A DNA stretch of 64,000 bases from Amoebophrya sp. A120 (GCA_905178155.1 CAJINV010000002.1:5637709-5701708), one strand, 5' to 3'; counted from the stretch's first letter, positions 13,801-27,319 are shown. The notes: a model not told the origin generated them from the sequence alone. Numbers and translations: made by a program.

Positions 13801-16690
13801 GGAGCTTTGCATGACAAGTTTCATACGCATTTCAATCTCCATGTGAATTAGGTGGTCAGATAAGTCATGTCATGGTGAAAAAACATCTTCACGACACAGA
13901 GTGTTATACAAAAAAGATCCGTATTCAGTATCACCAATTGTCCCAGTTGAGATCGTTCCATCTGAAGAGGAGCCCATACGGTGGTCGTGATCGCCGTGCT
14001 CTGGGTATCCTGTGTAAAAACGTCTCCGCCCCAGAGTTGTCATGCGCAGTGGCATCTACAGGAAAATTTGCAATGCGCATCCCCACACGAGGACACATAA
14101 TTCCTAGTCGTTTTCTGGCACTAGTAATGATGTACACGACCACACGATAAGCCGATCGACGGCTTTGTCATCCAGGATAGCTTTTCTGGCTAAGTACTAA
14201 AAGAACCCGCACTACATGAATACATCACCAGATAGAAATTTAATATCGTGTGCGCCTCCCAAACCTTCTCTGACTTGTGTCGCAAGAAAGTTCGGGGTCG
14301 TGGTGGGCTTCGTTTTTGCAACGGGATACCGAGTAGTACAGGTTGCCGCCCTTCCGGTTGAAACCAAACACCTTCTGCGCCTCGGGTTTGTAAAACTTCG
14401 CGTCAAAAAAGCCGAAGTGAAGGCGGACGGTATCCTCGTGCGGCTGGCTGCTGCTAATCGGTGGAGTGGCACCGGCTCCCGTGCTTGCGGGCCGGTGGGA
14501 GAACTATCCTGATTAAAAACGTCCCCACACCAGAGTCAAGATGGAAAATCTGCTAGACAAATCAACTGGCTTGCGTTGTTTGGCATGACAAGTGTGTCCT
14601 CGTAGTGTAATCCTCTTTAGCTAGTTCAGAAGCATCACAGATCTAGCATAGCATGCTGATCCTAGCATCACAAATTCCAAAAGACGAAAAGAAAACGCTT
14701 CGCATAGAGCTCCGCATGAGAAACTTTCTTGGCATGCAGAATTGCATGACAACTATGGGGCGGGGGTGTTTTTACCCGGGATAAGAACTCGTTGTGGTTT
14801 ACCAATTTCAGCTCGACTGGCTCGTGCACGCTCCCGCTCGTCGCTTCTGGCTCCTTGACCACCGGGAGGAACGGATGCTTCGTCGCCGTTCGTGCGCTGC
14901 CCCACAGCACCAGGATGCTGTACACGAAAACCGTATGAGTTGCACATATGTCTGGATCTGGATCATTGCAACTTGTGATGCGTCCTGCAGATGACGGTCT
15001 TGCGCGAATGGCATAAGAGGAAGCCGATTTTTGGCCCCCTGAAACGGTATTTATCACGGGAAATACGCATTGCACAGCCTTCACAAAACCTGTGATGCTA
15101 TGTTCTGCATCCCAGCCGTCGCGGAATATGCAATATGTGCCTGACAAACTCTAACTCCCGCATCATCCAGCGCATGACATAATTGCAACGCATAAACCGC
15201 AACGGCTTGCAAGCCACAGACCAACACCAAAACAAACCACCATCGGAACAGAATCACGCGGTACCGCCGTAGCCTCGGCGTATCAATGTCCAGGATCGCG
15301 TCTGCGGAGAGCTGCTGGTGTTCAACCGAAGAGGTCGGAGCTGCGTGGGTATCAACGATTTGATCGGATCCTGGAAGATGTTGAGCACTGTTCTCTAGTG
15401 CTGTCGTTGCACCTTCTCGGCCTGTATGCATTGCAAAAGTTCTTGTAACTCGTACTAGCTTCAATTGCATGCAAAATTAAAATGTTATTTCCACACGGAA
15501 AATAAACTCAGTTTCTCTACACAATAATTTGTACGGGTACGATACTTTTTGCGCTGGATAATTTGTTTCGTCCTTCACGTACTGCTCGACCACGCAATAG
15601 TATCGCACGAAAAAATTGTTTCCCCGCAAACTTGTGAAGTTGTAGATGCGGCTCAATGTTGTATTGCGGCGTGCAACTTTTTGTCATCTTGTTACTAATT
15701 GGGAACATCAATACAAGAGAGGGAGTTTATTTGCATTTTTTGTGTTTCCCCTGCCGCCACGGAAGGCAGATTTATCGTCCTGTCATGCGGAAGAACAAAC
15801 GTGAAACTACACTTTTTTCGTGCGATAAAGATCTTGGATCCAAATGCCACCTTTCTTGGTACGCGATGGCGAGCAGTGCGGGGGTGATGTGAAACAAGCC
15901 CGCCGCAAATACCGTCGACGAGGTATCAACAAGAAAACAAGCACCCCTGAGGAATCACACTTGTTCTGAGAAAATGTTTGCATTGCAAAGCCTTCCAGTT
16001 GTGGCACATTGCGTGCATTAGCCTTGTTACACTACAGGTAGTAGCTTTCGCTACAGAATAGCGAAAATCCGCATTGCAGAAAACCCCAGAAGCCGCAGCC
16101 GGGCGATATGACGCAGCACAGGCTACTTTGCGCGACGTCTAGAACCTGGATTAGCGCGACTCATATACGTCATTTTCTTATGCATAGATGGAGAGTCAGA
16201 TTTTTGCATTGGAAAAGATGAACAGTATGCATCACACAACTATTTCCCACTTCTGGGGGTGGAACACAAGTACTTTTCAGTTTGGTACAAGGCGGCTAAG
16301 ACGGCGTGCTCCTTCCAAAACCGGTCGGGTGCGTCCTGCACCGCATCAAGACCCCAAGTGGAGCTAGACGAAGATCTTTGCTTCTTCAAAAAACTCAACG
16401 AAGTACTAGCGCTGCTGTGCGGGGCCGCGCGGCTTTTGTTCACTGACGAAGAGGATGAGCTCGAACCATTCGGCAGGAACCGCGCGTGGCTACCAGTATA
16501 CATTCCCGTGCTCGTTTCTGTGTTCGTCGTCGTCGTCGTGGTTTTCGTCCCCGGGGTGACCAGGTCGGTGGCGGGCTGGAGGGGAAAAAGCTGTCCTCGG
16601 CGATCGTCTTCCACTACAGCGTTGGGAGAGCCTGCTAGTACCGGAGCATGAGCCATCTCCTCCACCGGGTGCTGCATAACAGACTCCATC
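10850..16690 (-). CDS. Hypothetical multi-exon membrane protein fragmented by about 8 introners (ends approximate)
   Basis: Short exons between elements join in frame, e.g. GVNGGVVVKGAG|LALRELTDGNGTVVKQVLVADTSMNHQ. Hydrophobic segments include AIGFGLYLLFSSFFTFALTW and WWFVLVLVCGLQAVAVYAL. It could be more than one gene. Confidence 0.4.
11413..11730. mobile_element. Introner/MITE family B
   Basis: TATTGTGAGGAAAAATCTCCCCTCCCCAT ... ATGGAGAGGGAGGATTTTTCTTCACAATA, flanked by CCGCA/CCGCA. Confidence 0.9.
12523..12849. mobile_element. Introner/MITE family B
   Basis: Family B TIRs, flanked by GGCCC/GGCCC. Confidence 0.9.
12889..13209. mobile_element. Introner/MITE family B
   Basis: Family B TIRs, flanked by GCCGC/GCCGC; only 39 bp from the preceding copy. 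Confidence 0.9.
13283..13565. mobile_element. Introner/MITE family C (inverted relative to the 3550, 14505 and 17856 copies)
   Basis: TATCCTGATTAAAAACGTCCCCA ... TGGGGACGCTTTTACTCAGGATA, flanked by ACTTT/ACTTT. Confidence 0.9.
14505..14783. mobile_element. Introner/MITE family C
   Basis: Family C TIRs, flanked by AGAAC/AGAAC. Confidence 0.9.
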
Positions 16691-17816
16691 GCTTTCTTGT
16701 TGTAGTTGGATCGAATTCTAAAAAAATCAAGTTTACACGTACGAGTCAAACGCAACACTACTTCGACTCTGGTGCGGCTCCACCTATCTTCAAGCCTAAA
16801 CTTACAACTTGCGTGTTGCGAGTATCATTTTGCATTTTCTAATGCTGGGCAGAAATAGAACTCCCGGCCAGATGAAGCATGCTTTTCGCTTTTGTCGCTC
16901 CTTCGCTTTGCTGTCACTCTGGAGGAAAAACGACAAGACTTGTTCCGGGACGTACACATAGTGCCACGACCTGGCGCCTTTTTTATGCCCTTGTTCTCCG
17001 CACGTGGAAACAAAATGAATACGGCAAGGGTAACAGAAACTGTTTCTAACGCACCACAACAGGGCAGCCCGGGACGAAGCCGTCAATCTGTCCGGTCGTC
17101 CTCAATGTTGACGTTTTTGTTCACCGCCTTCGAATTCGTGGTGCTTTGATTGAGTTATTCTTATTACGATACTTTTTCGTCGTTCGTATGGTCGGATAAA
17201 AATTCCTCTTCTCCTTTGTACTGGTAGGTTTCTTTGAAATAAGTGTCCAACATCAAATCGTACTGAACACTATGTGTAGAAAAATTGGCAGAAGCAGGAG
17301 GATCTTCTACCGAATTATTCACATCTTCTAGCGAATTACTCACGCTTGGTGGGAAAAAACTACACTGAAGCGAGAAAAAAAGCGCAACAGGGAGCATCAA
17401 GCGATAGTTGAAGCACAACTATACCAAAAACTAAACACAGGGGCGTTTCTGTGCGATGTTGAAATAGCTCGGTATAAAACAATGGGTCGTCGTAGACGTT
17501 GTACACAATAAGCTCGGGAGGTCAAAAACCCGAGACTTCTGGCTTTTGCTCTACTGCCATAGTAGTAGAAAAAAAATCGAAAATGCGAGGGTCCGTCATG
17601 TAGTTGGGCTGCATGACAACAACACTATGCTTGGGATAGATTTACTTTATGGTGTACATTCTTTCGTATAATGATAATTAACTACACGGGGCTACACTAA
17701 TAAATACATTCGTCGATCGCTGAAGGCAACAACTGGAGCGGTGGCCGCTCCTGTGCAGTCAGAACCAGTAGAAGCGCAGGAGCTGCAAAAAGCGAAGAAA
17801 TAAGTAAAACGAGTTA

Positions 17817-20800
17817 CTATTCCTCCACGTCACTGTCGCTCTCCGAGTCGCTTTCTATCCTGAGTAAAAACGTCCCCACACCATAGTCAAGATGGGGAAT
17901 CGGCTAGACAAATCCACAAGTTTTGGCTGTTTTGCATGACAAATTTGGATTCGTTCTGTAGTGCTGTTTGAGCTAGTTCAGCAGCATCACAGATCTAGCA
18001 CACCATGCTGATTGGAGCATGACAAATTGCAAAACACGACTAGAAAATGCTTCTCATGGGGCTCCGCATGAGAAACATTCTCAGCATGCAGATTTGCATT
18101 ACAGCTATGGCGTGGGGACGTTTTTAAATAGGATACTTTCGGAATCCGAGTCACTGTCCGAGTCGGAGTTGTCCTTTTTCTTTTATCAAAAGGAAAAATC
18201 CCCCCTACCTACATCGAAAAGAAAACTTGTGATGCTCCATTGGCGTACACAAGTCGGCTTGTATTGCTAGAAGGCCAAGTGCAGACGCAGTTGTGGCCTT
18301 AATTGCAGGCGGCTTGCTATGCTGTTTCCCATTTGCAGTTGCCTCCTGTGATGCTGAAGATGCAAGGCTTTCCTACGCCACCCAGCGCTACAAGCCGCTT
18401 CGTTTGTCTTCTAGCATGACAGCCTGGCCTGTGGTCTCAAATCATGCTACACAAATCTCCGTTTCAGCATGGGGAGGGGGGATTTTTCCTTTTGATATCT
18501 TTTCCGGACTATTCTTTTTCTTGTCGCCGTCTCCGGGGGAAGATTTGCTGTTACTAGTGTCGTCGTCGTGTTCTATCAAGTGTAAAAACGTACCCACCGT
18601 CCAGATGCAATTTCTGCTATAAAAATCATGCTCCCAAAGCTTTGGGAGTCGCGCATGACACACTCCGGTTCTTTGTAGTGTAGAACCAGTTAGCATCAAG
18701 AACTAGAGGCGCATTTACAAAACCATGCATTGATCTTCCTGTATGCGCATTACAAATTCCGAAGCCCGAATTTCTCATGGGGACGAGGTGCGTAAAACCA
18801 ATCAATGCCTCCCCGCACAACGCGAATTTGCAGGACAACTCTGGCCGCGTAAGTACGCTTTTACTCTGGATATCTTCGTCCTCCTCCTCATCTTCCGACT
18901 CGTCATAGGCTCCCATATCCCCAACCAGCTGCTGAAACAGTGTGGGGCAGTCGTCAAGCTTCTCGTCTTCTGGGTGCACATAGATTGACCTCTCCTTGTC
19001 CTCTTCCGGTAGAATCGCATCGAATTCGACTTTGATGGTCTGTTTTTTTTTTTTTGCATACATAAAATCACTCCTGCTGCGCGCCTGCGCCATACAAGAA
19101 CTTACCCCTTTGGCCAGCTCAGATCTATTTTCACGCAACACTTCTTCGTGCGCAAATAAATCCATCGGGACTTCTATATCTCGTGCAAGCTGACCAACGG
19201 GCCGGAACGAGCAGCACGGCGGTCTACTTCCATGCTTAAGAATCTGCATCGTGCGACCATCATCTTGATGCCGCGCGTGGTATTTTTGCAACTGCCAAAC
19301 CAAAAGCGCAACTGCAAAGAAACATTTTCATTTTTTCGTTCCCTGTAATATCATGAAACGAGTACCTTATCAAGCCCCGCATAGCTGTCGCACATGCAGA
19401 TGACCTGCAGGTTGTGCTTTCCTTTTCTGCCGACGTGAAACCGCATCTTTTCGTTGATTATCCTCTCCTGTGTTCTTACCTTCTCGTAGCAGATGATTTT
19501 GCTGTTCTCGCACAAGAAGATGTACCTGATAGGTTGTTGTTTGTCCTGCAAGAAGATCATCTGTGATGCATGGAAAGCAAGGAAGAAAAGCGGCAATTTT
19601 TTTTTGTCGTGCGGGGAGGCACTCTCCCTTTGTCATGCGAAAGACGACTGACTTCGCAAAAAGACGAGGAAATAAGTAAACCTCGCGCGCTGTCACGCCT
19701 TGCAAAAAAAAGACTCTGACGTGCTGCGAACGCCACCAACACAAATGATACCATTCCTCAATCTTGAAATCGGGAAAAAATGGCGCGTGCACGTAGCCCA
19801 GCGCCTCGCCCTCCTCCAACTGGGTGCGCGCAATTTTCACCGTTATTGTCGCGATGTCGTCCTTGCAGATCGTCTTCTCCCCCTCTACCACCGCGGTTGC
19901 CGTTATGTCCGGCATGGTAAAGTGGGCGGCAAACTCGTCAATGTCGAGCAGCTGGTCGGGTTCTAAATTCGCCACCCCCCGGCGGAGCTCCTTGTCGCGT
20001 TGGAGAAAGGTCAGAATCTCCTTGATGGGGTTGTTTCCCTTCAGGCAGTGCTTCACGTTCTCCTCGGTGAAGTATGACGGTGGAAAAGAACAACTCCCCA
20101 CTCGGGCCGCATTTTTTAGTTTTGCATGATGAAAAGCAAGAGAAATAAAAACGCCAGCAGCCATGATGGGGCCTCTGCATGACAAGTTCTTGTTTCTACT
20201 GCGCGGACTGTAATACTGTTTGAACTTATTTTTCCGAGTTTTTGTGATGCAACAGGTAGTACAGGTCACGTTCTTTGGATTTCACGTTTTGCATGAAAGA
20301 TGAGGGGGAGGGGGAGTTGTGCAGTTTCGTAGGAAGTGAGGAATTTGGAGAAGAGAATTCGACTTCACGTCCAATGCCTGGATGATACACCTGTTGTGCG
20401 GTAGTGCGGCGATGTAGATAGGAGATTTAACTAAAGCTTTTTTCATGACTACATCATAGTACTTGATTTGTATTTTTCAGATGAAAGAGCCGGCGGTAGT
20501 GCCAGGCTGTACGACTTATTAATACCTTCTAAACTCGATGACCGACTGCGCCGTCGCGAGCCACTCGCGCATGCAGGCGATTTCGATCATGCTGGTGGTG
20601 ATTTTGTCGACGTGTCGGAGTAATTCGTCCAAGTTCTGCTTCAATTCGGGGGAAAGTAAGTGGTGTAACCTCTGCATGTGTGCCCATATGAGGTTCGTAT
20701 TGCGCACGATAATGGGCATGGTAAACTTCGCACGCTGGTGCTCTTGGACCTAATGCAGATTTTTGTTTATTGCCATGCAGCACCAGGAGCAGTAGAGGAT

Positions 20801-22677
20801 CGAGAAGTAAAAACCGCTTTGAGGAGGTGCTTGGCGATGCACATGCACTAAATATGATCCGACACAAGAAAATATGCAAAGCAGAAGAGCTAAAACATAA
20901 GTTAACGACGCCCCATGGCAGCTCGAGTCAACATTTAGAGCGAGGCAACAAAAATTGGGCCGAAACGACGACCAAGACTGAGGGAACTTGCCCACCCAGT
21001 GGGTGGCAGCGTGATTCCGCCCCAGTTTCCACCCGCTTGGCGCAGTTGAAAAATGGGGCGGGCCGCTCTCGGCCGAATGTTCAAAAGCTGCGACGCTCTA
21101 CTAACATCACAACCGCTTGAAAAATAAGTAAGTACTTACCTCTGCCACAACCTGCTTCATCTCCTTCTCGTCCTCTGGCCTCGTCTCCATTTTTCGTGAC
21201 TCCGCACTGGCGGCCAACAGCTCCGGGCAGTTTTTCAGCCTCGTTTGGTCGCTTATGTAGTGGCCCATGAATTGCAGGGTTTCCACGAACACGCCGTTCG
21301 GCGCGTAGTCCTTTTGTCGCTGGTAGTACATGATGAAGATCGCCGGGATGACGATCAGAAAGGTGATAAAGAAGAAAAACAGGATGAATAGATGGTTTTT
21401 CTTCTCGAGCAGAAACCGGGGGAGACCAATCCCGACCTTCGTCGTCTGCGGCCCGTCGGGGTTGCCGTACTTTTCGTAGTTGGCCTTCGCCGCCGGGTCG
21501 GTTAAAGTCTTGTGGGCTTTGGATACCTGATCACGCGGGGAGAGTTTATTTTTTGTTGGATGTAGTTCTTGAGCAGTTTATTTGCTGTGCATGCTCTTCA
21601 TCAACATAGAGAATTCAATTGTCAAGCTCGTCCTTCTTTCAGCAAGCATGCCCTCGACTTTCAAAAAAAAAGTTCATCAGGGCGAACCGGAAAACGCTGG
21701 TTGTATAGTACCAGCCAGAGGTGGAACAAACCGCGGAGGAAGTGGTCCTCTACTACGTCTACCACCTTATAATTAATTATACCTGCATAAACTTGGCACT
21801 TGCGAGTGGGTCGTCCGGGTTCTTATCCGGGTGATAAAGCAGCGACATTTTCCTGTACGCCTTTTTGATGGCGGCGTCATCAACGCCCGGCTCAATGCCC
21901 AGGATGTCGAACGGGTTGAACGTTTGAATGCCCTTGGACGCATCTTCCCCCGTGAGCTGCAGGCAGCAGTAAAACCACAAAATCCAGCAGAACCCGAGCG
22001 TGATTAGCTTGGCGATCGTCCTATGTTTTTGATATATGATATCGACGTCTTAGATAAGAGACTTTCGTGCGCTACAATCCATGAATCATCACTGGTGGTG
22101 CACGAAGCTCGCATCACAAAGTAGTCTTCAGACTGAAAACTATCTTCATGCACATACAGCATCACGCATCACAAAACTCTTGGGAAGCAGCAACAGAACG
22201 CGATAACTATACCAGTTCCGGTTTTTTGCCAGCTTCTTCGCTTCAAACAGCTCGATCCGTTCGAGGTTTTGTTGCGTTACCTTTTGATATAGATAACGTG
22301 TTTTGAATAACGTGGTTGTCATGCCAACACACAACGTGTCGACTAGCAATGCGAAACCATCCATTTCGACTTTTCAAAAACTTGTGATGCAAAAACCACA
22401 TCAACATGATCAGTGGTGGTGGTCGCCTCGCAATCATAAGTTAGTACTATACCTTGTTGTTCACGTACCGCAGCACGGAGAAAAATTTGTGGGTTTTTTT
22501 CGGGAAGCTGGACACCGACGCGCCCCAGATCAGGTGTCGAATCCACAGCCAGGACCAGGGTAGCACGATGCAGGCCAACACCGTCGCGCCAAAGTAGTAG
22601 GCGGCGGAGTTATCGTAATTCAGGATGTCGTCGGGCCCATCCTGGTTCTTCGTGAATGTGTCGCTGAACGACGACAT
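17817..22677 (-). CDS. SEC63: Translocon subunit Sec63 (J domain plus Sec63/Brl domain), many exons
   Basis: Motifs LNYDNSAAYYF, FNPFDILGI...YRKMSLLYHPDKNP, YEKYGNPDGPQ..VGIGLP, VHAPFFP..KIEEW and CDSYAGLD, then an acidic tail ending SDSDVEE*. The 5' introns are mostly GT-AG; the last three are introners. Confidence 0.93.
17856..18135. mobile_element. Introner/MITE family C in SEC63
   Basis: TATCCTGAGTAAAAACGTCCCCA ... TGGGGACGTTTTTAAATAGGATA, flanked by CTTTC/CTTTC. Removal restores DSES|DSES. Confidence 0.92.
18184..18497. mobile_element. Introner/MITE family B in SEC63
   Basis: TATCAAAAGGAAAAATCCCCC ... GGGGGATTTTTCCTTTTGATA, flanked by TCTTT/TCTTT. Confidence 0.92.
18574..18872. mobile_element. 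Diverged introner (family C-like) in SEC63
   Basis: TATCAAGTGTAAAAACGTAC ... GTACGCTTTTACTCTGGATA, with imperfect repeat TGTTC/TCTTC. Confidence 0.7.
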
Positions 22678-24660
22678 TCTCGAGGTGGAGGACTCCCCAG
22701 CAACGAAACCTACTCACTGCGACGTCCCGCGCAAAGGGATGCTGTGTAACCGCTGTCTTCTATGATATGGCCTAGTCTCAGAGGTGGTTGACGGTGATGA
22801 ACGGGGTTCTTCTTTTTCCTATCGCGTGCCTACTTTACTCTACTTTGCCCGTAACAGACACTAGTCGCACGCGGCGCGCCATCGGTTTCAAAAAGGTTTG
22901 TCGGTATTGGTATAGTAATTGCGATTAGTATTCGTGTTGGGTGTTCGGCTGCGTCGGCGTTTGGTATTTGTTTTTGCAATACAGTTTGTTTTTTTCCCGC
23001 CCGTCCGGCAACATCGAAAATAAAGGAGCAGCAGTAGCGTTGCTTTTTTGTCAATGTCAAGTGCTAAGCGTTGCTATTTGTACTTGGAAAAAGTGACTCG
23101 GACAACTTTGCTGGATCAGAGGTGAGCGTCAGGCTTTTGAACTTGCGAGAAAACTTCAGTCTTTTGTTTGTGGCGACTCGGAACGAGTGCAGCACGAGTG
23201 AACAAAAATAAGCGCAGTAGAGCGGCTGACTTTCCGCGAATACCAGCCTCGAAGTATCAAAAAGGCTAGGGCTCAAAGTTGTTGCTACTTATTGTATTGT
23301 TTTTCCCTTGTATGTAGTTTTACTTCGTAGTCCGCTGCGAGTTTTTCATTTTCGGTTTTTGCAATAAGACGCTCTTGTGTGCAGTTCCGTTTTGCAACAT
23401 CACCGCGTTAAGGACATCATGCTGCGGGCGCAGCCTGATACAGAGACTTTTACATTTGGACCATGGTTCGACTGACCGGTGCATTTTTCAGATTTTGATC
23501 TTTCGTGTTTGGTTCGTTCTTCTTCGTCTCTCAACTACACGGAGCTTGCTCTACACCGATCTTCTGCGAGCGCCACTAGAGGCTGGGATCTTTTTCCTAG
23601 TGTAGGTCGAAAGTGGTACTGCCTGACGCGAGTAGCTTGCTGTCTACAGAGTCACTTTGGCAAAAAATGCGTCGGCCTTTGAAAAGTAGGGCCCACGCGC
23701 GCTGCTCGATTACGCCGTCCCAAAGGATCCGGTGCGAAATGCGAGGCCGGCTTTTCGCGGTCCGGATCAATAAAATGCTGAGGCTTCACCGAGCTGGTGA
23801 CGGGAGCCCGGGTGCGGGACGAGTGCCCCTTCCACGACTCACCCGGGGAATCGCAAAAAGAGTTTTCAATATCAGGCCGCGCACCAGCGCGGCGATATCG
23901 CTCCACCCCGGCTGATGGCTAGGCGGCGTCACAAATCGATAGCCAATGAGTCCGGCCGCCGGACCTTCTAGGCCAGAGGAAATGACGAGCGTGAATTTTC
24001 GCGGCTACCAGAACTGCAGCACGATATTACGAAGGCGGCCGCGATCGCCCCCCTTTGCTGGAAAGGACGCAAAGCCGTACGCCGATGGGCGAAACGCCAT
24101 GGGTCCTTGTCGAATCCCGGCAGGGCATTGAGGGGGAAAAAACATAGACGGATCGTCCGCGGCACCATCGTCGACCAAGACGCGGAGCCGGGTCGCGCCA
24201 GCCGGGGCCCGAGTGCGTGAATTTCCGCGGGCCGGCAAAAGGAAACACAGTAGACAGATCACACTTAGCGATACTGCTGCCCCATGAAAGCACTCGCCGG
24301 AGCTCTTACAGCCCCGAGTCCGCCCCACTCCATGAGCGTCCATGCCCCGCCGGGTCCGATCAGATCTGACAGCCTGGTATTCCGGAAAAAGCGAGCAAAA
24401 TCACTGCAAAGGCTTGCGCTTTGCAGGGGCGGCCGATCTCGAAATCACAGGACACGGTGTTCCAGCTTGGGGAGCGTGGCCTACGGTCGGGATTAGAATG
24501 CTTTTACCCCCTTTTTTCCGTCGACTGGATCCATCCAGATGTAATTTGGCAGCTTTTTGCCATTTTTGGAAAATCCAGGAAAAAAGCTTTAGAAGTGCAT
24601 TTATGGTGGTCCCCCTGAAAATTCGCACAGCCAACCTGAATAGTGGATGCGCTAACTATT

Positions 24661-24836
24661 ATTTTATCTGTGTTCAGGTCATCTCTGGCTTCTCATATAT
24701 CATGGCTTTGATGCTAACACAATGTGACCTCTGGTCCCGAACGAAGATCGGCCAGCGCGTTCCAAGCGCGGTATGAGCAAGCTCTACCAAAGTCGAGCGG
24801 GAAACCTCGCCTCCAGCGATGTGTACCTTGGGCGCC
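24661..24836 (+). repeat. Split direct repeat A1 (176 bp)
   Basis: Appears identical to 31651-31826. Confidence 0.95.
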
Positions 24837-25009
24837 GCTCAACACAAACCTTCCGAGAACCGCGAAGACGCTTGCACCATTCCAAGCTTAGAACACGCCG
24901 ACGATCGAGTGTACACCGCGACTGACCAAAGCAGTCGGCATACTCAGGCCACACTGTGCTACCACCTACACACTCATATCCTTTTCACAAAAAACCAACA
25001 CAACATGAA

Positions 25010-27319
25010 TCAAAAGTCCACCTCTTCATCAGATGACTTAGCATTACCACAGTCGATGTCCTCAGCATTTTGAGAAGCCGCGATAGCATCCGCGAGCTTA
25101 GACACACCAGCATCAACATCAAGCATTAACAGCTTATAGAAATAATCATCAAACCCAAAGCCTTCAACAATCTCAGAGAACAGCGAGGGGAACACCCTCA
25201 AGAGCACCTCCATCTTTTCGTCCCTAGTGGGGTAGTCCGCCAAGTTGTAATCACTTGGCACCCGTGTGTTCCACGGCTTCATGTCGTGCGCAGCGACTAG
25301 AGTCCAGAACTCCGCCGTTAATCTGGTGTAAATCCACTTCTGCCGTCCTCCGCTCTTTCCCTGAGCCAACAAGCACTCCTGTGCGCACTTGTTGTCGATC
25401 GCATGATCGAACCGCTTCCCCTTCAAGTCTTCTGCGAAGTACTTGACCGCATACGGCCCGGCCACTGTCTCCAGCACGTTGATCGGGTACAACCTGTACT
25501 CCTTGTGCAGGTCTTTCGCGTAGACCGTCTGCCGCACGCACTTAAACTTCCCGGCCTCTACATAGACCGCCGCAATGACCCCCTTTTTATCACTCCACTG
25601 GGCATCCGTGTAGAGGAGAGTGCTTCGCTTGCTGTCCTCCTCAAAGGTGATCCCCCTCTTAAGCGGAAGGGCCATGATGTGCTTGATGGCATGCAGAGCC
25701 GTGGCGACGTCCTGGGTCACCTTTCTTTCTTCCTTATTCAAGTGGATGCGCAGCGGCTTCATCACGGGGTTGAGTGCTCTGTCTGCCACCGCGGCAAGCA
25801 CAAAGGTCAACCTTCCTACCAACTCGTTCCCCGCGACCGGATCCAAGTCCATGGCCGCCAAAGCCTGGTCGCAGGCTCCTACAATCTGCTTCTTCTTGAA
25901 GTCCGTCACCTCAACCGTCACTACATCCCCCCGCAAATCGAACAGAAGCCCCAAAATTTCCAGCAAATTCCCTACGTTCACCTTCTCAAACATCGCGGGG
26001 AGTCCTAACATCTCCAAGAGTTCCAGCAACATCGTTTTCACCTCATCGCCCTGCCCTGCTATCACAAAGCTGGGGTAGTCATCCACGTAATCTTCACTGT
26101 TGATCTTGTAGTGCTTTCTTAACACCGCCCGCAACAACTTCCCCGGCCTGCACCACCCGGTGACGCTGTGTCGTGACCCAAAGATTGCCGAAAGAGCTAC
26201 AAACCGGTGGTACTTTTGGGTTGCCGGGTTGAACACCACCACCGTGTTGTACCTCCTGTGCTCCGGTTTGACCATCAAGTTGTTGTAGCACTTGGCTATG
26301 TCCAACAGGACCGCCTCGATGTCGTTCAAAGCGACACTCTCCCTTCTCCGTTTTTTCCTGTTTGACTCCTTTTCAACGCAGCCAAACACGGACGGCGCTG
26401 ATGCTGGCGGCAGCTTTGCGCCGCTTTTCAACAAGTCCGCATCCATGTCATCCCTTTCGCCCTTCACGAAGGCAGCAAACTGCTTTTCGTATCTCCGCTC
26501 TGCGGCCCTGCACCGCTGTAGCACCTTCTTGCTGTGCTTCACTATTTTCTTGCCCGCATTGTCCGGGCATTTTGCCACTGCTGCATTGGCAAGCACATCC
26601 AGGGCGGAGGGGATCGGCACCCGTTTGGGCAAGGGGGAGCACTTGTTTGCCGACGCCGCTGGATCTATCAAGCGGCACTTCCTAGCTTGATGCCGGGGGA
26701 ATCTGCGGTAACCAAAGTACACTTCTTCCTGTGCTGCTTTGTTTGTCGCAATGTCGTCGGGGATGTCGTACGGTCCCAATAACAACGCGTACCCCAACTC
26801 CGGCACCTCTTTGGTTTCCTTTATGCTCCTGTCCCACACCAACTGGATGTCGTCATCATTCCAGTTGGGTTTTTTGTGCTCTCCCCGTAGTATCCCTTGG
26901 ATGACTTTGCTCGGCACAAAGTCTTCCGGCTTCCCGTTCATCTTGTCGCGCCTCTGTCGCGGGCTCCAAGTGCTGTCCACCTCGCACTCCCCTATCATCG
27001 CCAGTCCGCTGTGCCAGACCCGCCAAGCCTCGGGATCTGACGGGTGGAACTTGTTCCCCAGCAGTTCCCACAGTCCTAATTTGCCGCAAACCTTCGGCTT
27101 TCGAATCTCCTCTTCTATTTCCTGGAACAGCACTTGCGACCTTTCCGCAGTCTGCTCGTGCCATTTCTTCATCTCGTCGTGTCTCATCCTAAGATCATCA
27201 ATGCTGCTGTCGCCCGGATTGGGCAGCAGCTGCGCCGTGTCGAATGGATGATCCCGCAACTCATCCACTTCGACGCGCTTCAAGACAGCCTTAACTTCCG
27301 CCTCGGTCGGAAGCTTCAT
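25010..27319 (-). CDS. Reverse transcriptase-RNase H (DIRS-type pol), 769 aa
   Basis: RT motifs LLDIAKCY, IFGSRHS, YVDD and ILGLLFD; RNase H motifs LYTDA, INVLE, IDN and RVPSDYNLADYPTR. Confidence 0.95.
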   Translation of the reverse strand: MKLPTEAEVKAVLKRVEVDELRDHPFDTAQLLPNPGDSSIDDLRMRHDEMKKWHEQTAERSQVLFQEIEEEIRKPKVCGKLGLWELLGNKFHPSDPEAWRVWHSGLAMIGECEVDSTWSPRQRRDKMNGKPEDFVPSKVIQGILRGEHKKPNWNDDDIQLVWDRSIKETKEVPELGYALLLGPYDIPDDIATNKAAQEEVYFGYRRFPRHQARKCRLIDPAASANKCSPLPKRVPIPSALDVLANAAVAKCPDNAGKKIVKHSKKVLQRCRAAERRYEKQFAAFVKGERDDMDADLLKSGAKLPPASAPSVFGCVEKESNRKKRRRESVALNDIEAVLLDIAKCYNNLMVKPEHRRYNTVVVFNPATQKYHRFVALSAIFGSRHSVTGWCRPGKLLRAVLRKHYKINSEDYVDDYPSFVIAGQGDEVKTMLLELLEMLGLPAMFEKVNVGNLLEILGLLFDLRGDVVTVEVTDFKKKQIVGACDQALAAMDLDPVAGNELVGRLTFVLAAVADRALNPVMKPLRIHLNKEERKVTQDVATALHAIKHIMALPLKRGITFEEDSKRSTLLYTDAQWSDKKGVIAAVYVEAGKFKCVRQTVYAKDLHKEYRLYPINVLETVAGPYAVKYFAEDLKGKRFDHAIDNKCAQECLLAQGKSGGRQKWIYTRLTAEFWTLVAAHDMKPWNTRVPSDYNLADYPTRDEKMEVLLRVFPSLFSEIVEGFGFDDYFYKLLMLDVDAGVSKLADAIAASQNAEDIDCGNAKSSDEEVDF

